Shown: one piece after another, positions 1-11,900 of the stretch
Layout of the letters: each line of letters starts with the position of its first letter
Position numbering within the stretch: the stretch's first letter is position 1
Source: Podarcis vaucheri
Taxonomy: Eukaryota
Assembly: GCA_965113315.1 (NCBI GenBank)
Contig: OZ220364.1
DNA length: 64,000 nucleotides
Reading direction: 5' to 3' (one strand)
Made by a program: the position numbers and the translations under genes
The notes under the pieces: generated by a model
Databases searched by the model: none
The model's input: only the letters and a program-made list of their open reading frames with translations
Told to the model about the DNA's origin: nothing

Positions 1-404
1 CCAATCATTCTGCACTCCTGGCATCTCTATCTCTATCTCTGAATTCTTCTCCACTCCAGCAGTCTATCTGAGCAGGTAATTTATTATTCACGCAAGAGCT
101 CACAATCCACCCATTTGAAAATTCATTGAAACTAACCTGGCCTCTTTGTTAACGATTTTATTTAAAGTGTTGGAAGTCTCTGTTAGAAACCACACATTAT
201 CTCATTATTTCCTGGGATCAAACTGATGCTTTATCCAGGCAAGATGGAGGTTCTGCTGCTTGAAAAAATGGTTAACCCAAGAATAGCAGATTTGCAGTTT
301 GGAAGTGCTTTTAAGATTTGGCTTTGCTTCTACATAAATAAGTAGAATGCTTGTGCACACTTTATTCTAGGGCACCAGCTTGCTTTAGTTCTGCATGCTT
401 TTGT

Positions 405-600
405 TACATCCAGGTTAGGCTACTGTAATATGGTCAATGTGAAGCTGCCTATGAAAACCGTTCAGAAATTTCCAGCGGTGTAGAAGTCTGTTTTTGTGAT
501 TGCATCAGGATTGTACCAACAGGAATTGTCTCTCAGTTGGCATCTGGGCTGAATTCAAAGCGCTAAATCTCAAATGATTTGGGACCTCAGAACTGAAGGG
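405..600 (+). mobile_element. L2 LINE fragment; another antisense piece at ~53210-53450
   Basis: tccaggttaggctactgtaat resembles the L2 ORF2 SRLDYCN motif; degenerate. Confidence 0.5.
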
Positions 601-689
601 CAATTGAGGTTCTACAGAGGAAGTGAAAGGTGAGATACTGTAATGAGTAAAATGTAAAATCCTTGGCCTAAGACAAAGGTGGGGAACAT

Positions 690-1002
690 GCTAAGATAAC
701 TTAATTGGAAAAACTTGCAAATATCAGACAGGCTTAGGATTTAATTATGTGATGTTAGAGAATAATATGTTTAAAGTCAAAATGAAAACAAAGTAAGATG
801 TTAAGTGATTAAGTTAATTTTATGAGAAAATTGGTTTTGGAAAACTGTTACAATGATATACTTTGAAATTCAGCCAGGGGGATTTGAGGAAGTCACTTAA
901 CAATGTTACTAAAATTGGATCAAGTACAGTTAAGATGTTTGTGATGTTTGTTTGTCTGTTCAAAATTTTTGGAAAACCAATAAAAAATTTTTAGAAAAAA
1001 AA
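690..1002 (+). mobile_element. L1/Tx1-like LINE 3'UTR remnant
   Basis: AT-rich segment ending in aataaa plus an A-rich tail; 5' boundary approximate. Confidence 0.5.
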
Positions 1003-1643
1003 GTATATCAGAAGACTGCTACATATGCTACATTAAATGTTTCTGTATAGGAAAGTATGGCACATTATTGCTTATACTGATTGCATATATTTCTAGGTAC
1101 TGGTGGAGAAATTGGCACCAAAGGCATTAATTTAGTGTGCATGCAGCAAAATGCCCATGATGGTACATGCAGATGGCATTTTATTTCCTATGTAAAAAAA
1201 GTGTAAAATTGTAAGTCATTTAAAATTTGGGGTTACCTCCATCCACCACATCCATCATCATCAGTGCCAGGGCTCAGCCCTGGAACAAGTGAGGGAGAGG
1301 CAATATTGATCAGTGCCTCTGAGCCTGGGTAGAGTAGTCAAATGGCCACTACTTAACCCCACACACCTGGAACTAGGAAGAAGCACATCTAAGCACATCT
1401 GTCTAACTCTGCTGGGGACCCTGATAGACCACAACTAACTAGATGGTTTAGGGATGCACTGATGCATCCAGTGCTGCTGAAATGTCCTTATAAGCAACTG
1501 CTCAGCTTATTAGAAAATGTGTGATATTCTTTTGTTGTAGCATAGTGGAAGAAATTGCTATCAGAGGGTATAGTGAAAGAGTTTTGAACATGTGCATGTA
1601 ACATTTTCAGGTCTGATTTACCTGCTTGAGTGTATGTGTAGAT

Positions 1644-1849
1644 CAAAGCTTTCCAAACTGTGTGTCACGACACGTCTCTGTGTTGGCTGCAGTGTGTAGG
1701 TGTGTTGCGCAAATGCTCCCCTCACACCTCCCTGGTCTGGAAAGGGGTTAGTTCAACCTCTGGTTTGCTATTAAAACTGAATTACTGTGTCCCAAAATGA
1801 TGCATGTCTAAAAAGTGTGTCACCAACATGTTAAGTTTGGAAAGCTCTG
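1644..1849. mobile_element. hAT-type MITE
   Basis: TIRs caaagctttccaaact / agtttggaaagctctg; 8-bp TSD gtgtagat / ctgtagat. Confidence 0.85.
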
Positions 1850-2550
1850 CTGTAGATAGATCTTAGCTTGTGTATTCATTATCTTGCTCCACATCACACA
1901 TCTAAATAAAGGCACACCTCCTCCACTCCTTCTTCCTCTCCACCATCTTGCCTGAAGCTCAGTGGGGCTTAGCAACCCACCCTGATTATCGCAGGATAAC
2001 AGTGATCAACTACTCAATGTTTAAAATGTTTTCTGTATGAGAAATGTACTTTGAGAACTACCACAATCCTTTTGGGTAGTGTTTCATTTTTGTTTGGGAC
2101 TGAGGGTATGTTTTCCAGATGTCTTTATTTTATAGGACATTCCAGATGTTAGAATTCTAATGCTCCAAAGTGCAATCCATTCAACGTTCTTTATATTACC
2201 ATGGAAATGATACCCAATACCACCAGTTCAGCTCTACTGGGACACAGAGAACAGACACATAGGGTCAACCCACGGAGTCTTGTTTCTTTCATTATTTGAT
2301 CCTTGAATCTCTGAGTATTAACTCAGATTTTGCCCCATAGAACTAGTTACTTTGTTAAAATTAGTATTATGAAAATATTGGATTGTAGGGGGGAAAGCCT
2401 TATTTTAAATGAAGGTCAATTGGATCTTGGCAGCACATCTGGCCCTATATTTACTTAGAAATAAGCTCAAATTGTACCAGAACTTGGATTGCATGCAGTA
2501 GAACAACCCTCTTAGACTGAAGCCAGCTGGTTGAGAGAGCACTTTTAAGC

Positions 2551-2687
2551 CAGGGACGAGGCATTTTGGCCTTCCAGGTGTAACTAGGCCACAACTCCCA
2601 GCATCCCTGATGGTTGGCTATGCTGGCTGGTGTTGATGGGAGTTGTGGCCCAACAACATCTAGAGGGTCACAGGTTCCCTACCGCTG
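2551..2687. mobile_element. Palindromic hAT-type MITE copy
   Basis: cacaactcccagcatc ... gatgggagttgtgg core palindrome. Confidence 0.75.
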
Positions 2688-2733
2688 CCCATGCATCCTG
2701 CTTAGAGCTCCCTCTTCAAAGACACGGAGGCTG

Positions 2734-2970
2734 AAATGTGAGGGCGATCTGGCTGCGATATCTGTCACCCCATTGATCGTCAGGGTTAATTCGGCTGATC
2801 TGGCTGGCTAGGCAGGTGTCCCCTCCCCCCCTCACCGCTCCATGTGCTTCCCTCCCAAAGCTGCACACTCGGTGGAAGAGGATGACCATCCCAGATAGGA
2901 GTGTACTGTTCTTCGGTCAAGTGTACAGTATACAATAGCTGTGCTCCCCTGCATAGAACCTCCAAACAAG
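2734..2970 (+). pseudogene. RN7SK: 7SK snRNA-derived copy, 3'-truncated (approx. nt 1-232 of 7SK)
   Basis: atgtgagggcgatctggctgcgatatctgtcaccccattgatcgtcagggttaattcggctgatctggctggctagg...agaacctccaaacaag is colinear with recalled vertebrate 7SK. It has several CpG-to-TpG/CpA changes, lacks the 3' ~100 nt and shows no TATA box upstream. Confidence 0.92.
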
Positions 2971-3497
2971 ACCATGTCCCCTTTTGAGATGGATCCACTG
3001 TTAAGAGCTAAAGAGCTGAACTAGACCAGAGCAAGGGTCCGTCTGGCCCAGTATCCTGTTTCCAACAGTGGCCAGTAAGCCAGATGCTTCTAGGAAGCAG
3101 GGCAATCAAGTTAGTGGTTCTTCTTCACTGTTTGCTTTCCTTGCACCTAACACTAAGAGGCATATTGTGCCTGAAGGTCGAGGTTCAATTTAGGTGGCAG
3201 AGCTAACAGCTGGTTTTAGGCTAATCCTTCTCCACGAGTTGGTCTACTCCTTTTCCAAAGTCATCTAAGTGCCAGACAAGTTCTGATGGTAGCAGATTCC
3301 ATGTGTAGAATCAGGATTGCCACCAACTCCCTATAAATCCTGGGGTAGACTGGGTGATTTCATTGGTGGGAAAATAGGAACTAAACCCAGCCATGTCCCA
3401 CTCACCCTTAAAAAAATGTTTCTTCTGTTCAAGCAACCTCAGCCAGGAGAAAACTAAATGGGGCACAGAGAGGATGAGGGGTCTGCTCCTTTTTTTG

Positions 3498-3675
3498 CAT
3501 AGCTGTCAACTTTCAGATTTGAAAATAAGGGATCAGCAGCCTCGAAAATAAGGGATCAGCAGCCTCACCTGTCCCGGGGACAGTCTACGGGATATCTAAC
3601 AATCCGGGATAGCAGCGGGAAACGGTGCTGGAATAAGGGAATTTCCCAGAAAAAAAGGGAAGGTTGACAGCTATG
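3498..3675. mobile_element. DNA-transposon MITE (probably hAT) with an internal 23-bp tandem duplication
   Basis: TIRs catagctgtcaac / gttgacagctatg; flanked by ttttttg on both sides; gaaaataagggatcagcagcctc twice at 3521-3566. Confidence 0.85.
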
Positions 3676-4059
3676 TTTTTTGGGTATGCTGTGCTTTACA
3701 TCTCCTCCCTCTTCAGAGGAATCTGTAAGATACAGGCAGAGTCCTGCAGTCAGCATCATGTCTGGCTGCAACCAAAAGCAGTGGCCTGCCACCAGGAGAA
3801 CATTCATGCTGAATCCGGCTGAGGGCTCATTTAGTATAGCGTCCCATTGTCATTGTGGCCAGCCAGGTTCCTGTGGCAAACCATTGCAAGAACATGAAGC
3901 ATATCAGCACTCTCTCCACTTTTTAAAAAAAGTTTTTATTAAAGGTTTTCTTGGGTTACAAAAGTATTTACAGAGTCTCTGTTTTCCATTCATAGAATCT
4001 TTTCTACAGATCAATTATATTTGATGTGAGACACTAATGTTGTAGACACTCTTCCCCAT

Positions 4060-4395
4060 TTGTGAACACCAACAAATGGTATTCCGAGGCATCCTGCCTC
4101 TGACAGAGGGAGGACATTCTAGTGAGTCGCCATTAGTAGCGTTGCCCTCAATGAATTTCTAGTGTGCCTTTAAAGCCACCTTTGCGGAGTCAATTCTAAA
4201 AAAAATATTTATCTGAATCTACTCCCAGTTTCATTGGGTACCCCAAATTCTAGTCTTAGAGGAGAAAGAAAAATTTATTTCCTCCATTTATAATTTTATA
4301 CACTTTTATCATTTCCCCCTTCTTCTAAACCACAACACTCCAAAACGTTTAGCCTTTCCTTGGAGTGAATGTGCTCCAACCCACTTGGGTGAACC
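4060..4395 (-). mobile_element. CR1 LINE 3' fragment (antisense); related piece at ~3015-3310
   Basis: Reverse-complement similarity to 13890-14320 (ttttatacacttttatcat, tttaaagccac). Confidence 0.6.
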
Positions 4396-4449
4396 TTCTT
4401 TAAAATTATTATTTTAACAACATCCTTGTTGGGAAGGGCGGGAGAGAAT

Positions 4450-5950
4450 CAGAACTGGGCTTAAAGTTAATTCCGGGCAGCGGACAGCAAGAAGAACGCA
4501 GAGCCGGACACGCACCACGTACTACTTGAATAAATGAGAATTTGCGGGAAGGGGCCAGCGCGGGAGGCCACCTCACTTTCCCCGCGCCCCGTGGGAGGGT
4601 CATGCCTGCCTCCCAACATGGTGGAGGTGTGCATGGGAAGGCGGGCGCGCGCGCGCTCTCGCTTGCTCCAGCCCAGGCTGCGGCTCCTTTGTGTCTCTCC
4701 CTCTCCCGGAGAAAAGGGCTGGGGCGCTCGCTTGCAGCCTAGGCAAAGAGGAAGCGTTATGCCAGGAGGAACGGGTTGGTGGGGTGGGGGAGAGAGAGGG
4801 AGGGAGGGAGCAGGAGGAATCCCAGCCTCCTCTTTGCCGCGTGTGTTTGTAAGTAAGATCAATGGAGCTGCAGGCTCCCCCCACCAGCGCCAGGCGGCCT
4901 GCTTACTGCAAGGCGCGCACGCGCCCCACCTACCCGGGGCTGCAGCTCCATTCCACCCAACCCTCTTACACCGCCGCCTCCTCCTCCCCCCCCCACCGCC
5001 CACCCGGGGCAATTACCTGTCTGCAAGCCCCGCCCCCGCGCTGATTGACGGCCCGGATCACGTGGGGGAGGGAAGAGGAGCAGGAGGAGGAGGAGGACGA
5101 CGCCGGGGCGGGCGCTCGCACCTGGAGCTGGAGGGGAGGGAAAACCGGACGGGGATGCGCTCGGCTGGGGCCGCCGCTACCGCCACCAGCTCGTTCTGCG
5201 CCGCCGCCGCCGCCGCAGCAGGCCGAACTCAGCTCCTGCGCCCGGTGGAGGGGCCATGGTGGCTGCTGCCCCTGCTGCAGCCGCGGCCATGAGGAAAAGC
5301 TTCCTGGTGCCCGAGATCAAGCCCTTGGATCAGTATGACTTCCCTCGGGCGCGCAGCGCCGCCAGCCTGGCCTGGGTTCTCGCCAAGGGCTACGGGGGTG
5401 CAGGTACGGCGGGAGCCCCGCGCGGGGAAGGGAGCGGGCAGCCCGTCGGCGGGGTCGGGGTTTCTTTCCCTTCCTGATCTCCCTTCCGAGGAGGAGGGGC
5501 GGGATCTCCAGTGGCTGCGTGTGAGTTAAGGAGAGAGGAAGCCGTGATTCCCGTCCCCCCCTCCCGCCTTCGACCCGATCTCGCCCTCCCTGGCGGCTTG
5601 CGGGCTCCTGGGTTTGTGTTTCTTTTGCCTGCTCCTCCCCGGCTAGGATAATATGTCCGCCTCCCCATGGCGCTCGGCTCCGTGGGAATGCCCTACCTGC
5701 TATAGCACCCGGGGAGGGATGGGATGGGATGGGGTGGGCTGCCTTGGCAACCAGCCCTGCTGCTTCCATCCCACCCTTTCAGCGCTAACAATGGGCTCCG
5801 CTCGGTCGCCGCCTTCTCGACTAGATAGCCCGGGTGGGGCTGAGGTGGAGGGGGGGCGGCGGCTAGAGTCTGCTCCTTTCTTCCTGGCGAGGGTCGCCTA
5901 ATGTCTCTCCCCACGCAGGTGCCGGGCTTCCCCAGGTGTGGACGGAGCTG
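4450..5950 (+). promoter_or_regulatory. CpG-island promoter of CAMSAP3
   Basis: Dense CpG/GC around exon 1; GC box ccccgcccc ~5028-5037; CACGTG 5059-5064; NRF1-like GCGCACGCGC 4915-4924; (GCC)5 at ~5200-5216; no TATA box evident. Confidence 0.85.
5256..5403 (+). CDS. CAMSAP3: CAMSAP3 coding exon 1 (MVAAAPAAAAAMRKSFLVPEIKPLDQYDF...GYGGA)
   Basis: Strong Kozak gggccATGG; donor CAG|gtacgg; 148 nt, phase 1. Confidence 0.95.
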
Positions 5951-8900
5951 TGATTAGGAGAGGGGAATTGGCGTCTGGGCTGGGAAGGGGCCTTTTTTGT
6001 AGGTCGAAGTGGGGCGTGTGAGGGGAGGGGGAGGCTGCCATGATAGCGGAGGGGTGGGTAGGTGTGCTGCCATGTCTGCTGCAGCTCCTTTGCTAAGAGC
6101 AGCCCTGGGTAAACCTCAGCTCCCCCTCCCCTTCACTGAGCTCAATTCCTCCCTGGCTTTTTGTGTTGCCTTTTGTTTAACTGTGTTGGCAGCACCTGCA
6201 TGACTATCATACTGTTAGGTGAGATCAGAGCCGAAACACGCTCTTCCCTGGGGTCCAGCTGGTCTGCGGAGCCTGAGGGTGTCAGTGCCGCCCCACCCTG
6301 CTTAGTGACAGCATTCACTGGCAGAAGCCGAGAGCAGGGCGCTGCTGTTGGTGTTTACCTTTGCTAAGTGGCATTATTTTGTGGCGTTAAATTCCTCCAG
6401 GGGAAGCCCTGCCAATGGGTGCCACCAGCATGGCCCCAGCTGTGGAGCTGTATTCTGAGGCTAAGCTGTGGCAGCTGGAAGGCAGGGGGGGGGAGAGAGA
6501 GAGATGGGAGGTAACTAGTGAGGCTTCTGGGCTTGTACTTGATCCTCTGGTTTTGCCATCTCGGTAAGGGCTACTCAAGGACCACTTTGCATCCTTAGCT
6601 TGGTCCTCTTCAGCTCCTTGGCAATGCTGGGCCCAGGACTGTGGTTCCTTCTTTGGCAACCCTGGGCTCTCCCCGCTGTTCCCTTTGTCTCTGCCAGGCC
6701 TGGAATTAATGTTCTGTGAGGATTTGCAGATTGGCGTTGCTTTCATGCATGATGGAGGAGGGGAGGGGAGGGGGAGCAGACAATCCCTAGTGGGGGATTG
6801 ACCTTCTTGCTGTTGCTTCATAGAAGTGTGTGCTCTTTGTCGCTGCTCTGGTGCCCCTGCTAACCCAGATCCCTCTCCTGGCTTCGCCCTCCCTGCTGCC
6901 AAGAGGGTGGTGGGCCAGCCTGTGCGCTTTGTGTTCATTGAGAAGCCATGCTTCCTTAGCGTTGCTCCACAACTGTCAGACTTGTAAGATTTGCAGGGGG
7001 GGGGGGAGAGCGTTCTGTGGATGAAGTAGCCTAAGCACGTCTTATATGGCAAGGTGGAGGTGTGGGTAAGTGAGACGGCCCTTGACAGTGGCTTCTAAAA
7101 GTATAAGGAGCTCCATGTTGCTGGCATATCTGTAGCCAGGAGGCTACCAGCTAGTGTGTGACAGGCCTTCCTCATTGTATATGGGCTGCTATGGGGAGGA
7201 GAGGAGAGGATGACGACAATCCTCTGGGGCTGTTGACCTGAAAGTAACATAATAAGGTTTGAAGCCTGCTGGTTCACAGCCAGCTCCAGAGCTGGGAGCA
7301 ACAGGAATGGCTTGCAAGGTTGTGTGACAATGAATAACTAGAGTCTCTTTCCCTCCCTCCCGCAACTGAGGGCTTTTCTGCCCAGAAGCTGTTTTCTTCT
7401 TAGAGACTAAATGTACCCTGCTTCTGGGCTGAGGTGGGAACCACCATTCCGTGAAGCAACAGGAGGACAGTGAATTGCTGTGCTTGGTGGATGTTGAAGT
7501 GCCTTGTGTGTGTGTATTCACAGGCGTGTATTTGGATGACCAGTTCTCTCATTTGGAGTTAGTGTAAATATAGGATCTGGTCAAGCCCAAGCGAGAACAG
7601 GTTCCCCTTGTCCCTGCCCTTCCTTGTCACCCCGATGACACACCAAACAGTACACTTTGGTGGTGGAAAGGAGAGAGCCTTGTCATTTGCCTTGGATGGA
7701 GGCCAGGGCTATCAGCCTGGCTCAGCCAGTGCTGGGTTCAAAGTCTAGTGAAGTGTGTCGAGAATGTGCTTGCTAGGGTTTGCCATAGTTTTCCGGATAG
7801 AGCCTGAAAACCCCTACGGCCTGCAAGGCAAGCCTTTATGGAAAGGGCACCTGCTTGCCTCACGTCAGAAAATGCACATGGCACTGCTAGCATCTGCTCC
7901 TGAAATAAGCTACTGGTCATGGTGGGAGTCATCAGTCGGCCTCAAGCCAGGGATTTTGTGCGACTGCTATATGATCTAAAGGCACAGTGTGGGGGCTGTA
8001 GAAAGTTAATGTGAAATGGCAAAAATATACCTGGCAGTGGCTTTTTCAAGTTTTACACGACTAAATTTTAAGTAATTTCAGTATGCATTTGAAAATAAAG
8101 ATCTGTAAGTGAAACTGAGTGCCAGCTTGCTTTACTAGACACACTGCTGCCTGCACTTATTTCTTCACCAATAAGTAAAAGAGCCAGATGCTTTTAATTT
8201 ACTGAAAGCCAAATGAGGAAGGGACTTGGAATTCCCTCAGCCCAACCTGTAGCTACAGGGCCTGTGATCCAATGCTACGTATTACTCAGCTGAGACATCC
8301 GGCAACTGGTCCCTTTCCCATAACTGGGTCAGGAACTGGCTAACCTCTGCCAGGTGTCCTGATTGGCATTGCTGTGTTTGTTGCACACCCAAAGCAGTTG
8401 CTAGTAATTATGTGCAATGTTGTAGCACCCGGAGGTTAATTCCCTATATTACCGTGATCCCTTTTGTGTTCGTCCACAAACTGGGGTAATCCCCACCCTC
8501 AAGGGTTTGTGGCAAAGGGTGGGGCAGGAAATGGAGGAGGAGTGGGAGTGACCAGAGTGATGCTCACCAGCTGAGATAGGTGTACACACGCAAATGGCGC
8601 TGTGGTCTAGACCACTGAGCTTCTTGGGCTTGCTGATCAGCGGTTCTAATCCCCGTGTCAGGGTGAGCTCCCGTTGCTCTGTCCCAGCTTCTGCCAATCT
8701 AACAGTTCAAAAGCATACCAGTGCAAGTAGATAAATGGGTACCACTGTGGTGGGAAGGTAAGCAGCATTTCCATGTGCTCCGGCACTTGTCATGGTCCTC
8801 CGTGCGCCAGAAGCGGTTTAGTCATGCTGGCGATATGACCCAGAAAGCTGTCTGTGGACAAACACCAGCTCCCTCGGCCTGAAAAGTGAGATGAGTGCCA

Positions 8901-11900
8901 CACCCCATGGTAGCCTTTGACTGGACTTGACCATCCAGGGGTCCTTTACCTTACCTTGGCTAGTGGGAAGGGTCATAGCTCAGTGACAGAAGCATCTGCT
9001 TTGCATATAAAAGATCCTGTGTTCAATCCCTGGTATATTGATGTAGGACTGGGAGAGATTGCTGCCCAAAGCTCTGGAGCTGTTGCCAGTCAGTGTAGAG
9101 AATACTGAGCTAGATGGACCAATGGTCTGACTCAGTATAAGGCACATTTCTATGTTCCTGGTAATCCAGTTAGGAGGACTGAGCCCTGCTGTCCCATTAA
9201 CCACTGATTCAGTTTCACTTGCTGTTCTGTAGGTTAAACAGGTGTGGCTGTCTGGATATTGACTCTTGTCTCACCTTCACCCCGTGGCAAGTTTTTCCTC
9301 CACCAAAGACACCAAGAATAAAGCAAAATCTCAACTCATGGGCAGCTTATCCTTCAATTGCTCCCTCAGCCAAACTGTACCCTGGTCTGTAGTGCAGGCA
9401 TGTGAAATGAAATGTTGCCCCTTTCCCCCAAATGGTGATTTATATACAAATCAAACCCTGCTAGTTTCACCCAGTCCTGAGCCATAGCGGATGCTTTTTG
9501 CACTTTAGCAAAACTACCTGGCATCTTGAAACCACAGAATGGAAGGCCTAAAATTGATACACAAAGCCTAATACAGTGGTACCTCTGGATACGAACGGGA
9601 TCCATTCCATATCCCCGTTTGTATCCTGAAGTGAACACAATCTGCGTGTGCGCGGGTCACGATTTGCTGCTTCCGCGCATACGTGTGACACCATTTTGAC
9701 TGCACATGCGCGAGCGGCGAAACCCGGAAGTAATGTGTTCCATTACTTCTGGGTCACTGCGGAGAGCAACCTGAAAGCGCTCAACCTGAAGCATATTTAA
9801 CCCGAGGTATGACTTTATGGGAGAAGAAACAACATTGCTCCCTCAGCCAAACTGTACCCTGGTCTGTAGTGCAGGCAGCGGGATGGAAGATGCATGGGTA
9901 CAGCAGTGCTCTGTACTTCAATGTCCCAGGTACATGAATGCTTTCTGCCCTCCTAGAAAGGCACCTGAGGCTTGGATCATCTAGTTGAACTCAGTCCAAG
10001 GATGGGGCTCCTCCGGCCTGGTGCTAGTCAGACAAGATGGTGCTGCCCAGCCTGGGCAGTTTGCTCTGCTGTCCATTGTTCTGTAAATCCATTTTGCGAC
10101 AACTGGGACCCATGGCTATTTATCATTTCTGGTGAATGGTGGCTGTACCTATTCTTTGGGTGGTTCTCAATGTCTTATTCCTAGTATATGGCATTTGGGA
10201 CTGCAGAGCTCTTGAGTTCAAGGCCCTGCTTGGCTTTGGAGAAATCATCATCATCATCATCTATCAGCCTAACAAACCTGATGCAGCTATGGTGAGAATA
10301 AAATAGGTGAATCCATGAATGCTGCTTTGTGCTTCTTTTGGGAGGAGACCCGGCTTAGAAATGCAGATAAGTAAGTGGCATATAGATGTCTTATATCAGG
10401 CACCCCCAAACTTGGCCCTCCAGCTGTTTTGGTACTACAGCTCCCACCATCCCTAGCTAATAGGACCAGTGGTCAGGGATGATGGGAATTGTAGTCCCAA
10501 AACTGCTGGAGGGCCGAGTTTGGGGATGCCTGTCTTTTATGAAAAAAGGACAGGATAAAAACCTTCCTTTTCCACCTGTAAAATGATTGTCGTCTTTAGC
10601 CTTTCTATATATATTATTTTGCTAGCCCTTCAAAACATTCCTCTGAATCTTGCCCTTGTGTTCCTAGAAGGTAATCTCTGAGTAGAACCTTTTACTACTT
10701 CTTTGTTGTTTTCTTCAGTGAGTGAAGCTGTTTTTTAAAACAACAACACCTCATTGCCAATTCCTATTTAGTTTATGTTGATTCAAAAATCTAAGTCCTC
10801 CTTTTGATTCTTTGAGTGCCTTGCTTGTTCCTTGTTTTTGTAAAGCTACTTTGGAGCTGTGTGCAATTACTAGAGGCCCTGGATGGGGGCGGTGCCTTGT
10901 CATCAGCATAAAATATCAACCTTATTTATTTAATTTGTCACTTTTTTCACAGAAGTGACTCAAAGCAACTTAAAAAAACAACATTAAAACCAAGCATTAA
11001 AAAAAAACACCAAGAATGAAATAGGAACCGATCCAGAAAATGGTCTACGGATGTTATTTTACTGCTTGCACTTCAATTAGTCAAGGACACTCGTTTTAAT
11101 CCTGCCCTCTGTGGCGTCCCAAATTCCTTTGAACTTTTGCATTATCTACGAAGTTGAACATATTACCTGTTTCTGCGAGTAATGAAAATGCTAAATAGCA
11201 CTATCCTCTAGGAGATAACTCCTTTTGGACATCACACAACAACGCCTCCAGGCTCCCCCCCCCTCCCCACATACTTTTTAATGCCTTATTGGTTGTTCTT
11301 GTGCAGCTTGAAAGAATAAGGGTTGCTTTCCTCATGGTAGTGCCCTCTGATCCACCTGCCAAAGAATGTGTGGAACCTTCTCCTAGAGACTAACCTACTA
11401 CAGAGTGACATTGATGGGGCAAGGCCATGCCTCAGTGCTAAAGCATTTGCCTTGAGCACAGAAGGCCCCAGGTTCAATTCCCAGCAAATCCAGGTAGGGC
11501 TGGGAGGTACTCCCTGCCTGAAACCCTGAAGAGCCTCTGGCAGTCTGTGTAGACAATACTGAGCCTGATCAGCCAACATCTGACTCAGTATAAGGAAGCT
11601 TCTTATGTTCCACATTGGTTTGGTCTTGGCAAGTCCATGTTGGTTGTTAATGATCACCTCATTTTCTTCTACATTACATATATTCATTTTTGATGAATTT
11701 GTTCTCATAACGTCTTATAGGTAAACATTGGGCCTGTAATCTCCTGGTTTCTCCTATTCTCCCTGTTAAATATAGATGTGGTAGCTATTTTTTGCTAGTC
11801 TGCTGGAACCTCACTTGTCTTGAGAGATTTCTCAAAGATGACTCTTAGCAGCTTTGAGGTTTATACTACTAGTTCGTTTAGCATTTAAGGGTGTATTTTG

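Noticed and set aside
2734-2970. Functional 7SK gene
   Set aside because: Missing the 3' ~100 nt and the 5' GG, CpG decay, and no TATA box seen upstream.
1-4400. Exons of an upstream neighbour gene such as PNPLA6
   Set aside because: No recognisable coding exon; the region is mostly repeats plus the 7SK copy.
4467-5338. Long ORFs over the promoter (252 aa +, 181 aa -, others)
   Set aside because: Low-complexity G/A/R/P translations expected from a stop-poor CpG island, with no recognisable domain. Only the part from ATG 5155 is kept, as a uORF candidate.
10064-10085. REST/RE1-like site
   Set aside because: Only the GCTGTCC half matches; the other half has three mismatches.
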